Below, piece by piece: positions 16,329-25,796 of a DNA stretch of 32,000 nucleotides (position 1 is its first letter; every line of letters begins with the position of its first letter). A program made the position numbers and the translations under genes. The notes below the pieces were generated by a model that was not told the origin of the DNA, did no database searches, and worked only from the letters and a program-made list of their open reading frames with translations. The stretch is from the NCBI RefSeq assembly GCF_000010625.1, contig NC_010296.1, forward strand, positions 4,830,001 through 4,862,000. The letters are read 5' to 3'. This DNA is from Microcystis aeruginosa NIES-843 (GTDB lineage: Bacteria; Cyanobacteriota; Cyanobacteriia; Cyanobacteriales; Microcystaceae).

Positions 16329-16379
16329 TTGACAAATGGCGAGACTTGCTTTAGACTTTATGTATAATGGGAATCCGTG
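16329..16379 (+). promoter_or_regulatory. Conserved promoter-like module, copy B (TTGACA-17-TAGACT, then TATAAT-GGGAATCCGTG)
   Basis: TTGACA is at 16329-16334, TAGACT at 16352-16357 and TATAAT at 16363-16368. See copy A at 3618-3670. The -35 box overlaps the right arm of a 10-bp inverted repeat (16293-16302 / 16327-16336). Confidence 0.4.
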
Positions 16380-16465
16380 CGCAAATATATATAAGGTTTT
16401 TGAAGGAAGATAAGAGAGAAAAAAATAGCCTCAAAAATCGGGATGGGTAGGAAGAGGATAAAGGT

Positions 16466-16666
16466 ATGAAGACGAAAATTTTCTCTCCCCGACAAGGATT
16501 AAACAAAGCATTTCTGAAAGTCAAACCGAATCTTTTTCAGGTAGAGAAGTTTCAAGTATTCTTAGATACAAAAACGATGATCGGGGAGTTCAATGTATTG
16601 GAAAATGGGAGAGATAACCCAAAAAAATTATTGTTAAATCATGTTAAGTCCCGTAGAAACGATTAA
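16466..16666 (+). pseudogene. Possible N-terminal remnant of a type IIG R-M / Eco57I-like methyltransferase-family gene
   Basis: 66-aa ORF. The first ~25 residues, MKTKIFSPRQGLNKAFLKVKPN...EKF, resemble (from memory) the conserved N-terminus ...LNKAYRK.K....IE.FK.NL of large cyanobacterial type IIG enzymes. The rest is unrelated, and the ORF overlaps the next gene by 26 nt. Confidence 0.25.
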
Positions 16667-17021
16667 AATTCTCGAAAATCATCCCGATCGCACTTTTCCA
16701 GCTGGTGAAGTTATTTTTGCCGATGGCACGGAGGGCGAGTTAATGTACGGTATTCTTAGCGGAGAAGTGGAGATGTATATCAAGGGACAATTGATAGAAA
16801 CTCTAGAAAAAGGGGATGTATTCGGAGCAGGAGCGCTCCTGCATGGGGATAAACTGCGAGAATCCACAGCTATTGCCAAAACTGATTGTAAATTAGCCTA
16901 TCTCAATCAACCGCAGTTTTTATTTGCCGTGCAGGAAACTCCCATGTTTGCGATCGAAGTGTTAAGAAGTTATTCCGATCGCTTTCGCAAGTTGAAAAAA
17001 ATCTTCACCGGTGAAGCATAG
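16641..17021 (+). CDS. Stand-alone cyclic-nucleotide-binding domain protein
   Basis: 126 aa. The core is FPAGEVIFADGTEGELMYGILSGEVEMY...GDVFGAGALL...RESTAIAKTDCKLAYL, which is a CAP/cNMP-binding beta-barrel pattern. There is no effector domain. Confidence 0.8.
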   Translation: MLSPVETIKILENHPDRTFPAGEVIFADGTEGELMYGILSGEVEMYIKGQLIETLEKGDVFGAGALLHGDKLRESTAIAKTDCKLAYLNQPQFLFAVQETPMFAIEVLRSYSDRFRKLKKIFTGEA

Positions 17022-17050
17022 AGGAGCAAAGGAAAGCCATCCCCTGAAAA

Positions 17051-18028
17051 CTATTGAACGAAAATCTCACCGATAGTTAAACGGGAACCATTGACCAAAT
17101 CCCCACCAGAACGCGGTGATTTTCCCGATAATTGCACTTCTTTTAATAATAATAAACCCTCACCCGTCTGCACTACCGGCCCGAAATTTTTCCAGAGAGC
17201 CACGATCGATCCCACTTCTCCGCTTAGATGAGAAAGGTCTTTTGTCTGTAATTCTGGAGGAAGTTGACCGAGATCCTCTAGGGGAATAGTCGCCATCACT
17301 TTTAGGGGTTGTCCCCGGAAAGTGGTCAGCGCATGAGGATAAAAACCCCGGACTCGATCGTGAATTCTCCGGCCCGAATCTTGCCAGTGGATTAGATAGT
17401 CAGATTTTTGAATTAAAGGGGCATAGGTGGCATCGTCGTTATTTTGAGGAATTGGGGTAATTTCTGCTCGATCGAGCTTAGAGAGGGTTTCTAGGAGCAA
17501 ATCCGCCCCCATTTGTCCTAGGGTTGCTCCCACCTGTTCGGCATTGTCAAAAAGAGCGATCGGGGTGTAGGCTTTCAGTAGCATCGGTCCGGTGTCCATG
17601 CCCGCATCCATTAACATGGTGGTAATGCCGGTTTCTTTTTCTCCCCTAGCGATGCACCACTGCACGGGGGCTGCTCCCCGATATTTCGGCAAAATTGAGC
17701 CATGAACGTTAATACAGCCTAATCTCGGCATCTCTAGGATTTCTGGGGAGAGAATTTGTCCGTAGGCAACGACTACAAAAGCGTCCGCTCGCGATTGTCT
17801 GAGAAAATCTAAGGTTCGAGCGTTTTTTTTGACACTTTTGGGCTGCAAAACCGGTATTTGCTGTTCTATGGCTATTTGTTTCACCGGTGAGGGGATTAAT
17901 TGATTGCCCCTTCCCCGGCGCTTGTCCGGTTGGGTAACGACGGTGATTATTTCTATATCGGGATTGGCTAATAATTTTTTTAGGGTGGGAACAGCAAAAG
18001 TCGGGGTTCCGAAAAAAACAATACGCAT
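17051..18028 (-). CDS. fmt: Methionyl-tRNA formyltransferase
   Basis: 325 aa. It starts [16 protein letters not shown] and has [18 protein letters not shown] (the SLLP-type motif). Confidence 0.95.
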   Translation of the reverse strand: MRIVFFGTPTFAVPTLKKLLANPDIEIITVVTQPDKRRGRGNQLIPSPVKQIAIEQQIPVLQPKSVKKNARTLDFLRQSRADAFVVVAYGQILSPEILEMPRLGCINVHGSILPKYRGAAPVQWCIARGEKETGITTMLMDAGMDTGPMLLKAYTPIALFDNAEQVGATLGQMGADLLLETLSKLDRAEITPIPQNNDDATYAPLIQKSDYLIHWQDSGRRIHDRVRGFYPHALTTFRGQPLKVMATIPLEDLGQLPPELQTKDLSHLSGEVGSIVALWKNFGPVVQTGEGLLLLKEVQLSGKSPRSGGDLVNGSRLTIGEIFVQ

Positions 18029-18046
18029 GGGAGAGAGGGGATTTTT

Positions 18047-18074
18047 CAGTTATCAGTGAGCAGTAATCAGTGAA
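18047..18074. repeat. Degenerate heptamer tract CAGTTAT CAGTGAG CAGTAAT CAGTGAA
   Basis: Read directly. It lies between the fmt start and the pgeF stop. Confidence 0.8.
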
Positions 18075-18088
18075 TGTCCACCGAGTTA

Positions 18089-18883
18089 TTAACGGCTAAC
18101 TATGCCAGACCATTGAATTTTTTTGGCTTTTTCCCGACGATAGGAGAAAAAATGATCCTCTTGTTGATAGGTACAAAAAGGAGCGATCGCAATTTGTTCA
18201 TCCCGAATTCCTAACTGTTGTAGTTGATGATAAATCACCCGTCGCACGTCTAAGCGCACTTTCCCTTTTTCCTCGTCAGCAAATAAGGGGGAGGGGGACA
18301 GGTTCAATAAATTCGCCAGAATTTGGTCGGGATTGGTTTCTTGGGGGAATAAACTTAAACCCACTTCTACGGCAACTTCTGCCTCTACTTGATACACTTC
18401 CCCGGCAATTGCCGGCCCCAGGGCCAGCACTAAGTTATCTAAACAACTACCTGAGTTTAATAACTGCTTTACTGCTTTGGGAACTATCCTTTTGGCCGTC
18501 CCTCTCCATCCAGAATGAATCGCCACCCCAACACCAGTAGAGTGATCGCCTATTAGTACAGGAGTACAATCAGCACTGGCCACCCAAATCCCTTGACCGG
18601 AAGCATCGGTGATAATTCCATCCGCTTCGACAATTTCTGGGTTAGTAATCCCTTGGGGATTTAATAGGCGATCGCCATGTACCTGTTTGACCCGATAAAC
18701 CGGTACATTTGCCCCCAGAGCAGCCGTAAAAGCTTCCGGGGTTTGGGGGTAATAATGACGGGTAAAAAAGCCGTGGGACCAGTCCTCTAGGAGATTACAG
18801 GTAAGATAGGGCAATCCTTGCCATATTTGCCATTGCCACAGAGAAGTCCCGGTTAATCGGACATCGATCGCTACATTGGTCAC
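18089..18883 (-). CDS. pgeF: YfiH/PgeF-family (DUF152, laccase-domain) peptidoglycan editing factor / purine nucleoside phosphorylase-like protein
   Basis: 264 aa. It has the conserved blocks VKQVHG, ADCTPV, HSGWRGT and CTY...FFSYRR. Confidence 0.85.
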   Translation of the reverse strand: MTNVAIDVRLTGTSLWQWQIWQGLPYLTCNLLEDWSHGFFTRHYYPQTPEAFTAALGANVPVYRVKQVHGDRLLNPQGITNPEIVEADGIITDASGQGIWVASADCTPVLIGDHSTGVGVAIHSGWRGTAKRIVPKAVKQLLNSGSCLDNLVLALGPAIAGEVYQVEAEVAVEVGLSLFPQETNPDQILANLLNLSPSPLFADEEKGKVRLDVRRVIYHQLQQLGIRDEQIAIAPFCTYQQEDHFFSYRREKAKKIQWSGIVSR

Positions 18884-18977
18884 AGTCTAAACCTCTCTTG
18901 CTGCATTAATACCTCGTTCTTTCCTATCCTAGTTCTGAGCTTGGCAAACGGCAACCGGAAGATTATTTATATCTCCG

Positions 18978-19021
18978 GTAAAAATCAAAAATTGTTGTTA
19001 GGGTTAGGAGTCAGTAGCCAG
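18978..19021. repeat. Dispersed repeat (35-nt core plus heptamer tail), copy 1
   Basis: gtaaaaatcaaaaattgttgttagggttaggagtc+agtagccag. The reverse complement of 29734-29791 has the identical 35-mer followed by two extra GGAGTC-type heptamers. Confidence 0.85.
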
Positions 19022-19192
19022 TACTCTCCGATCAGAAAAATAGTAGAGGAGGAACAAGAGAGAGCCATCGATGAATTAGCCAGATTATTGCCGAATAATC
19101 CCCTAAAATCGGCTTCCTTAAACTTATTGTCTAATTTGAGTAAAAATCTAGAAGCGTTATCAAAAAAAACACAGGAGGATAGGGAGTTTATT

Positions 19193-19435
19193 ATGCGTTT
19201 AGCTCCACTTTACCAACAGGATAGGGAACAAGCGATTCAAGAGGGTGTACAACAAGGAAGACAACAGGGAGAAGCGTATTTACTCCTCCGTCAACTTCAG
19301 CGACGTTTCGGAGAAATACCCCAGAATCTACAAGAAAACATCCGTAACCTTCCTGTGGAGCGGTTAGAAGACTTAGGACTCGCTTTATTAGACTTTAACA
19401 CTTTGACGGATTTAGATAACTGGTTGCATCCGTGA
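19193..19435 (+). CDS. DUF4351-domain protein (C-terminal module of Rpn/YhgA-like putative transposase family; nuclease domain absent)
   Basis: MRLAPLYQQDREQAIQEGVQQGRQQGEAYLLLRQLQRRFGEIPQNLQENIRNLPVERLEDLGLALLDFNTLTDLDNWL matches the DUF4351 tail pattern. The track ORF start at 18941 runs through a dispersed repeat, so ATG 19193 is the shortest defensible start. It may be a gene remnant. Confidence 0.45.
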   Translation: MRLAPLYQQDREQAIQEGVQQGRQQGEAYLLLRQLQRRFGEIPQNLQENIRNLPVERLEDLGLALLDFNTLTDLDNWLHP

Positions 19436-19488
19436 ACAATGGCGATCTCGCGTAGCGAGCGCGTTGCGAGCGCATTATCCATCCTTGA

Positions 19489-21978
19489 TTATTCTATAGT
19501 TAAGGGGTCCACATCGATCGCCATACTTACCTTGGGCAAAACTAAGCTTTTCAGAGGAATAAAAAGACGACCGCTATCAGCCTTTTCTTCCGATAATTTT
19601 AACAGAATTTGCCAGCGATAACGGTTAGCCACGCGCATAATTGTTGCTGGTGCAGGTCCTAAAATATCCCAATCGGAACCGAAATTATTAACACATTCCT
19701 CCGCGACATTTTCGGCACTTTTCTGAACTGCTTCTCCATCTAAACCACTAAAGCGAATTAAGACTAAACTGCCGTAGGGAGGATAATTTAAACCCTCTCT
19801 CTGCATTAATTCCGTCTCGACAAAACCCTCATAATCGTGGGTTTGCACTGCTCTAATCACGGGATGTTCGGGGGTATAGGTTTGGATAATTACCTTTCCT
19901 TCTCTTTCTCCCCTTCCTGCTCTCCCTGCTACTTGAGTTAGGGTTTGAAAAGCGCGTTCGGAGGCGCGATAATCGGAGTGATAAAGTAAACCATCGGCAG
20001 CCATAATTCCCACTAGGGTAACTCGATCGATATCTAATCCTTTGGTGAGCATTTGGGTTCCGACTAAGACATCGAATTCACCATCAGTAAATAGTTTTAA
20101 TAGTTCCCGGGGAGCATTTTTGTTGCGGGTGGTATCACTATCAAAACGCAAGCAGCGCAAATCAGGAAATTCTTTGGTTAATTCTTGGGTGACGCGCTGA
20201 GTGCCAGTACCGAAAAATTTTAGATAGGGAGAACCACATTCAGGACATTGTTTCGGATGGATGCGACCATAGTTGCAGTAGTGACAGCGTAGTAATTCTT
20301 GCGCTCCCGGTTCGGTGTGGTGGTAGGAGAGAGAGACATCACAGTGGGGACACTCCAGCACATAACCGCAACTTCGGCAAGATACAAAGGTACTATGTCC
20401 GCGGCGACTGACGAATAAAATTGCCTGTTCTCCCTTGTCGCGCAGAGTGTCCAGAGATGAACGCAGGGATTGACTGAAAAGAGAACGATTGCCTCGTTGC
20501 AATTCCCGTCGCATATCGACAATTTCCACCTGCGGTAAGGGGCGATTTTGGATGCGATCGGGCAAAGATAGGTAAAGACTGGGATTAACTTGGGATTCTA
20601 GCCATGTTTCTAGGGATGGTGTGGCCGAGCCTAAAATTACGGGACAATGGTTTAATTGAGCGCGCCATTTAGCCACGGTACGCGCGTGATAGGTGGGGAG
20701 TAATTGGGTTTGTTTAAAGCTGCTATCGTGTTCTTCATCGAGGATAATCATGCCTAGATGGGGTAAAGGGGCAAAAATCGCCGATCGCGTCCCGATAATG
20801 ACTTGCGGGGTTCCTGTCAACATCTGTCGCCAGGTATCGTATCTTTCTCCTTCCGAGAGGGCGCTATGATAAACATAGACTCGATCGCCAAAACGGGCCA
20901 CAAAGCGATCGGTTAGTTGCGGTGTTAATCCAATTTCGGGGACTAAAACCAAGGCAGATTTACCCGCTGCTAAGACAGGTGCGATCGCCTGTAGATAGAC
21001 TTCTGTTTTACCCGATCCCGTCACTCCGTGTAAGAGGACGCTTTCACCACCTTTCAGGGTTTGAATGGCTTCTAGTGCTTGTTTTTGACTAGAAGTGAGT
21101 GTTTTTGGTTGATCCCTGCTCATAATCGCCGAGGATAAGCGCAGAAATTCCCGGTCCTCAATCACCACATAACCCTTGTCAATTAGTGGTTTAAAATGTT
21201 TTGTCCCCGCGAGTTGTGCCAATTCTGGCAGCCACATTTCTCCTCCCTGATGACGGAGAATTTCGACAATTTTGCGCTGATTTTCGGTTAAATCAGCAGG
21301 AAAGTCGGTTATTAGCAGGGTAATGGCTTTTTTTAGCTTAATATTAGGACTTTTGGGTGCTTCTAGATAACTTTCCACCCAACCGCGCTTAACTAAGTCT
21401 CGAATACCGTAATTAGCATTTTTGACTTTTTCTTGCAGGTATTTCGCCGAATAATCGCCTTCTTTTTGATTTTTGAGCAGGGATAAAATCTGACGGGAGA
21501 GGGGAGTACAAAAAACTTCCCCACCGGGGGGAATCGCTTCTGGTTTTAATCTGATGCGACGTTGGGAACTTCGCAGTAAACCCTTAGGTAAAGCGACGCG
21601 AACAACGGTGATTAAATCCGTCGCGTAGTATTGGGCGATTTTCGTCAATAACTGCCAATAATTATCGGGGAAAAAGCCCTTAGCAATCACATCTTCCACG
21701 GGACGAATTTGATTTTCTTCTAGTCCTGCGGGCAAATTTTCGAGAAATCTAAGAGCAATTCCCCCTATTACCTGAGAACCGAAAGGAACGCTTAAAATAT
21801 CGCCAATTTCTACCGTTAAATCCCGGGGGATACTATAGGTTAATATTTGCTGATCCTCTTGACTATCTCTAGGATAAGGGCGATCGACCAAAACCTCTAA
21901 CCACGATTGTCCAGTTGTGGTTAATTGGTAAGGTGTGCGAGGTTCCGCTACAGTTAGAGTAGCACAGCGATCGAGCAT
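19489..21978 (-). CDS. priA: Primosomal protein N' (replication restart helicase PriA)
   Basis: 829 aa from the ATG at 21978. It has Walker A GVTGSGKTEV, the DEEH box ILDEEHD and Cys-rich zinc fingers (CRSCG..CPHCD..CHYC..CPEC). The track start at 22083 reads through an octamer repeat tract and is rejected. Confidence 0.9.
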   Translation of the reverse strand: MLDRCATLTVAEPRTPYQLTTTGQSWLEVLVDRPYPRDSQEDQQILTYSIPRDLTVEIGDILSVPFGSQVIGGIALRFLENLPAGLEENQIRPVEDVIAKGFFPDNYWQLLTKIAQYYATDLITVVRVALPKGLLRSSQRRIRLKPEAIPPGGEVFCTPLSRQILSLLKNQKEGDYSAKYLQEKVKNANYGIRDLVKRGWVESYLEAPKSPNIKLKKAITLLITDFPADLTENQRKIVEILRHQGGEMWLPELAQLAGTKHFKPLIDKGYVVIEDREFLRLSSAIMSRDQPKTLTSSQKQALEAIQTLKGGESVLLHGVTGSGKTEVYLQAIAPVLAAGKSALVLVPEIGLTPQLTDRFVARFGDRVYVYHSALSEGERYDTWRQMLTGTPQVIIGTRSAIFAPLPHLGMIILDEEHDSSFKQTQLLPTYHARTVAKWRAQLNHCPVILGSATPSLETWLESQVNPSLYLSLPDRIQNRPLPQVEIVDMRRELQRGNRSLFSQSLRSSLDTLRDKGEQAILFVSRRGHSTFVSCRSCGYVLECPHCDVSLSYHHTEPGAQELLRCHYCNYGRIHPKQCPECGSPYLKFFGTGTQRVTQELTKEFPDLRCLRFDSDTTRNKNAPRELLKLFTDGEFDVLVGTQMLTKGLDIDRVTLVGIMAADGLLYHSDYRASERAFQTLTQVAGRAGRGEREGKVIIQTYTPEHPVIRAVQTHDYEGFVETELMQREGLNYPPYGSLVLIRFSGLDGEAVQKSAENVAEECVNNFGSDWDILGPAPATIMRVANRYRWQILLKLSEEKADSGRLFIPLKSLVLPKVSMAIDVDPLTIE

Positions 21979-21984
21979 AGTCAG

Positions 21985-22016
21985 TGGGGTGATGGGGTGA
22001 TGGGGTGATGGGGTGA
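21985..22016. repeat. Tandem octamer tract (TGGGGTGA)x4
   Basis: Read directly. It lies 6 nt upstream (on the minus strand) of the priA ATG. Confidence 0.9.
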
Positions 22017-22177
22017 ATAGGGTATTTAAATTATAGTTTAAAGCTTGAGGGGAATAAAAATAGCTAATTTTCTCTAAAAACACTTTAAATATTGCTTTTT
22101 TGCCCGCAAATTTTGATTTTTAGCCCGTGAAATCTTTCCAAATGATAATTATTGTCTATTAGCTATTAAATCGCACC

Positions 22178-22377
22178 CTAGTTAGGGTTTGATTAATAAA
22201 TCTAAAAACCTTGTTGGATAATATCTTTAGGCTTTTTTGAAATCAAAAAGTGGCAGCCTTTGGAGGGATCGGGGGGGAGAATTAGGCACTTTTTCCCTGA
22301 AACTTAGGTAATTGACCACCTGAAAATGGGTAAAACCCCACACCCCACACCCCACACCCCACACCCCACACCCTACC
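22178..22377 (+). repeat. Composite repeat, left copy: 42-mer, 116-nt spacer, (CCCCACA)x5
   Basis: The 42-mer ctagttagggtttgattaataaatctaaaaaccttgttggat (22178-22219) matches the reverse complement of 26876-26917 at 36/42. The heptamer tract is at 22336-22377. Confidence 0.7.
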
Positions 22378-22768
22378 CCCAGGAAAAACTTTTTGCCGCA
22401 AACCGTAGTTAGTCAAAAGGTGAGAATGGTTCTCAATAGAAAAAGCGAAGAATAGTAATAAAAAGCTGACTGCTATCTTGATTGTTAAGAAGCGTGATCT
22501 TTACCTAGTCAAATACCAAAAACCTTAGTTAGATTGTATAAGTGGAAACCCTGAAAGTCTCCCCTATTTACCAGAAAATCTTATTGTCTGGTTCGGCGAT
22601 TTGTAACCATCGACACAGAATCGCGCAATTATATCCCAGAAATGGCCGCCATTAATTAAGAAAACGTTTAAAAAATCTGCTCCCCGAAAATTCAATGTAA
22701 CAATCAGCCCATTGGGAGAAATTGAGTTTCTCCCTGCTATTATAATCCCACTCCATCCATAACTGCTT

Positions 22769-23902
22769 ATGAAAATCTCTAAACTAGCCGCTGATGATAA
22801 TTTTAATCAAATCATTGCCCTGGAGACAAATCCTTTAGAACTAGACAGCGTGGATTTTGCTGAAAGAACTGACGAAGAGCTGACTGAACACTTACCAGAA
22901 ACCCTAAAAAACACCCGTGGGAGTAGTGGAACGGGATATGATAAAGGCAGCAATGAAGATACTGTTGGCGCATTTTTTAAAGAAATGGCTCGTTATCCTC
23001 TACTTAGTGCGGAAGAAGAAATTGAATTAGCCTACTCGGTTAAGTTTCTGATGGAAGCGGAAGAAGTGCGCCAAAAACTACAAGAAAATTTACATCGTCC
23101 CCCGACGAAAACGGAATGGGCAAGCGCTTTACAATTAGATAATGAACGTCAACTGGAAAACCGTCTTTATCGCGGACGAACAGCTAAACGGAAAATGATT
23201 CGTTCTAATTTGCGCTTGGTGGTTTCTATCGCTAAACGCTATTTAAATCGCGGAGTTCCTTTCTTAGATTTAATTCAAGAAGGTGCGATCGGACTCAACC
23301 GTGCGGCCGAAAAATTCGATCCCAATAAAGGTTATAAATTCTCTACCTATGCTTATTGGTGGATTCGACAAGCAATCACCCGCACCATTGCTAACGATGC
23401 GCGGACAATTCGTTTACCGATTCACATTGTCGAAAAACTCAATAAACTCAAAAAAGCGCAGCGCATTCTCAAGCAAGATTTACAGCGCAATCCCAATGAA
23501 CGGGAACTCGCAGAAGCGTTGGAAATGACTCCCGAACAATTGCGGCAATTATTACAATTGCGTCGTCAATCTCTCTCTTTAAATCATCGTGTAGGGAAAG
23601 GAGAAGATACGGAATTAGTGGATCTGTTGGAAGATGATGATCTACAACTTCCCGAAGATAAAATGAATGAGATGATGATGCGTCAAGAAATTTTCGCAGT
23701 TTTAAGTGATGTTCTTACGGAACGGGAAAAAGATGTTATCTCCCTCCGTTATGGTTTAGCTACCAGTCAACCCTATACCCTAGAGGAAGTGGGGGGAATG
23801 TTCAATTTATCTCGGGAACGAGTACGTCAAATTCAAACTAAAGCGATGCGAAAATTACGTCGTCCTCAAGTCGCACGTCGTCTGAAAGGATGGTTACATT
23901 AA
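22769..23902 (+). CDS. Group-2 RpoD-family RNA polymerase sigma factor
   Basis: 377 aa. Region 2 is RSNLRLVVSIAKRYLNRGVPFLDLIQEGAIGLNRAAEKFDPNKGYKFSTYAYWWIRQAI. Region 4.2 is YTLEEVGGMFNLSRERVRQIQTKAMRKLR. Confidence 0.9.
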   Translation: MKISKLAADDNFNQIIALETNPLELDSVDFAERTDEELTEHLPETLKNTRGSSGTGYDKGSNEDTVGAFFKEMARYPLLSAEEEIELAYSVKFLMEAEEVRQKLQENLHRPPTKTEWASALQLDNERQLENRLYRGRTAKRKMIRSNLRLVVSIAKRYLNRGVPFLDLIQEGAIGLNRAAEKFDPNKGYKFSTYAYWWIRQAITRTIANDARTIRLPIHIVEKLNKLKKAQRILKQDLQRNPNERELAEALEMTPEQLRQLLQLRRQSLSLNHRVGKGEDTELVDLLEDDDLQLPEDKMNEMMMRQEIFAVLSDVLTEREKDVISLRYGLATSQPYTLEEVGGMFNLSRERVRQIQTKAMRKLRRPQVARRLKGWLH

Positions 23903-23928
23903 TAACTTTTTCTAACTCGTTCTCTCCC

Positions 23929-23957
23929 CTCTCCTTTTTCCCGGAGAGCTTTTTTTT
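23929..23957 (+). terminator. Rho-independent terminator of the sigma factor gene
   Basis: The stem CTCTCC (23929-23934) pairs with GGAGAG (23943-23948) across an 8-nt loop. It is followed by C and T8 (23950-23957), 27 nt after the stop codon. Confidence 0.6.
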
Positions 23958-24378
23958 GTCGATATTTAGCTTAAAATTAAGATCAAGCTGATTTTCTCAG
24001 TAGATAGTCATAATACCTATGAACCGACATCTCCAACGGAAAGTGAAAACGGGAAAATATCAATCTCCAGAAAATCATCCTCTCATAGATGGAGAAACTT
24101 TTGTCACTGAAATTATCCATCGTTTTCAAACCATGGGAGATTAATATAAAATGGGTCGTTATAAGTAGGGAGGCACAATTATTGGTAGGATGGGTTAGCG
24201 GTAGCGTAACATGAGCGGGTGTTGGGTTTCATGCTTCAACCCAACCTACGTTCATCTTGTATTTAATTCCACCCACCCGCTTATCATAAATAAATATACT
24301 AGCTAGTCAGAAGCTGAATACAATAGGCAATTTTTCAGCTATTTTTTCTAGTTCTGAATAATTTTAAATTAATTCAAT

Positions 24379-25539
24379 ATGTCCAAAAACTCTTGGTTAA
24401 TTCCCGATAATATCTATTTTCTCAACCATGGTTCCTATGGTGCAACCCCTAGAATAGTCTTGGATTATCAGCAACAATTGCGGCAACGAATGGAAAGGCA
24501 ACCTTTAGCATTTTTGGGGAGAGAATTAGAGGGTTTATTAGATATTGCTAGGCAAAAGTTAGCGGATTTAGTGGGAGTAAATAGCGATGATTTAGTCTTT
24601 GTTCCCAATGCAACCACAGCAGTGAATGCGGTGTTAAATTCCTTAACTTTTCAGGAAAATGAGGAAATTCTGATCACCGATCAGACCTATAATGCTTGTG
24701 CTAATGCAGTTAAACATATAGCTAAAAGATGGGGTTTAAAGGTAATTATCGCTAAAATTCCCTTTCCCGTGCAGTCCCCTTTAGAAATTAGTCAAGCAAT
24801 TTTAGCATCAGTTTCTCCCCGGACAAAATTAGTAGTTTTAGATCATGTCACCAGTCCCACGGCCTTAATTTGGCCAATCGCAGAAATTGTGCGAGAATTA
24901 AATAATCGGGGCATTGATACTCTCATCGATGGCGCTCATGCTTTAGGTTTTTTACCCCTTAATATCGGGGCAATTAATCCCACCTATTATACTGCTAATT
25001 GTCATAAGTGGTTATGTAGTCCCAAGGGGGCTGCTTTTCTCTATGTGCGCGGGGATAAACAGGCAATAATTCGACCTTTAACTATTAGCCATGGAGCGAA
25101 TTCCCCTCGACAAGATCGCTCCCGTTTTCAGTTAGAATTTGCTTGGATGGGAACCGATGATCCCACCGCTTATTTATCAGTGCCAAAAGCGATCGAGTTT
25201 TTAAATTCTCTCTCTATTGATGGTTTACTGGGTCTGATGGCGAGGAATCGTAATTTGGTTTTAAAAGCCAGAAATTTGCTTTGTCATGCCTTAGAGGTCA
25301 ATTATCCCTGTCCAGAATCAATGATCGGATCGATGTCTTCAATTCTAATTCCTAGTTATGCTTGGGCAGCAGAAGATTTATCTAGACAACTGTGGGAAAA
25401 ATATCAGATTGAAGTGCCGATAATTCCTTGGGGAGAAGCATCATTAATTGTGAGGATTTCTGCTCACTACTATAATTCGATCGAGCAGTATGAATATTTA
25501 GCTGGGGTTTTAAATTACTTGCTATTGGAGCAAAGATAA
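24379..25539 (+). CDS. Class-V aminotransferase (isopenicillin-N epimerase / cysteine desulfurase-like)
   Basis: 386 aa. It has FLNHGSYGATP, DGAHALG and the PLP-lysine region ANCHKWLCSPKGAAFLYV. Confidence 0.8.
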   Translation: MSKNSWLIPDNIYFLNHGSYGATPRIVLDYQQQLRQRMERQPLAFLGRELEGLLDIARQKLADLVGVNSDDLVFVPNATTAVNAVLNSLTFQENEEILITDQTYNACANAVKHIAKRWGLKVIIAKIPFPVQSPLEISQAILASVSPRTKLVVLDHVTSPTALIWPIAEIVRELNNRGIDTLIDGAHALGFLPLNIGAINPTYYTANCHKWLCSPKGAAFLYVRGDKQAIIRPLTISHGANSPRQDRSRFQLEFAWMGTDDPTAYLSVPKAIEFLNSLSIDGLLGLMARNRNLVLKARNLLCHALEVNYPCPESMIGSMSSILIPSYAWAAEDLSRQLWEKYQIEVPIIPWGEASLIVRISAHYYNSIEQYEYLAGVLNYLLLEQR

Positions 25540-25718
25540 GCTGGGAGTATTTCAGAGCCGCACGGACAGTTCTGGCTAGAGTCGAGGTATGGTATTATCG
25601 GCGTTGCGGGGAGCGGGGAGAAACAATCCATAACCGAGTTTTTAAAGTTCGATTGGGAGTTAATGATGCTATTAAAAACGGATTTGGCATGAAAACTCAA
25701 ATCCGATCCCTGATAGCT

Positions 25719-25747
25719 GTCTCGGAGTCTCGGAGTCTCGGAGTCTC
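25719..25747. repeat. Tandem octamer tract (GTCTCGGA)x3 plus GTCTC
   Basis: Read directly, between the convergent aminotransferase and sigF genes. Confidence 0.9.
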
Positions 25748-25796
25748 AACCAGGAAATTAATTTTCCACGACTACTGATGAGAACCGATAATTTTG

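Noticed and set aside
19297-19621. Small ORFs 19297-19482 (minus strand) and 19439-19621 (plus strand) around the DUF4351/priA junction, and 25515-25700 (minus strand) after the aminotransferase.
   Set aside because: They overlap the ends of better-supported genes or intergenic repeats. They have no RBS or recognisable motifs.
24019-24144. A 41-codon ORF (MNRHLQRKVKTGKYQSPENHPLIDGETFVTEIIHRFQTMGD*) downstream of the sigma factor terminator.
   Set aside because: I recognise no RBS and no family. It could be a gene fragment, but there is nothing to support a call.
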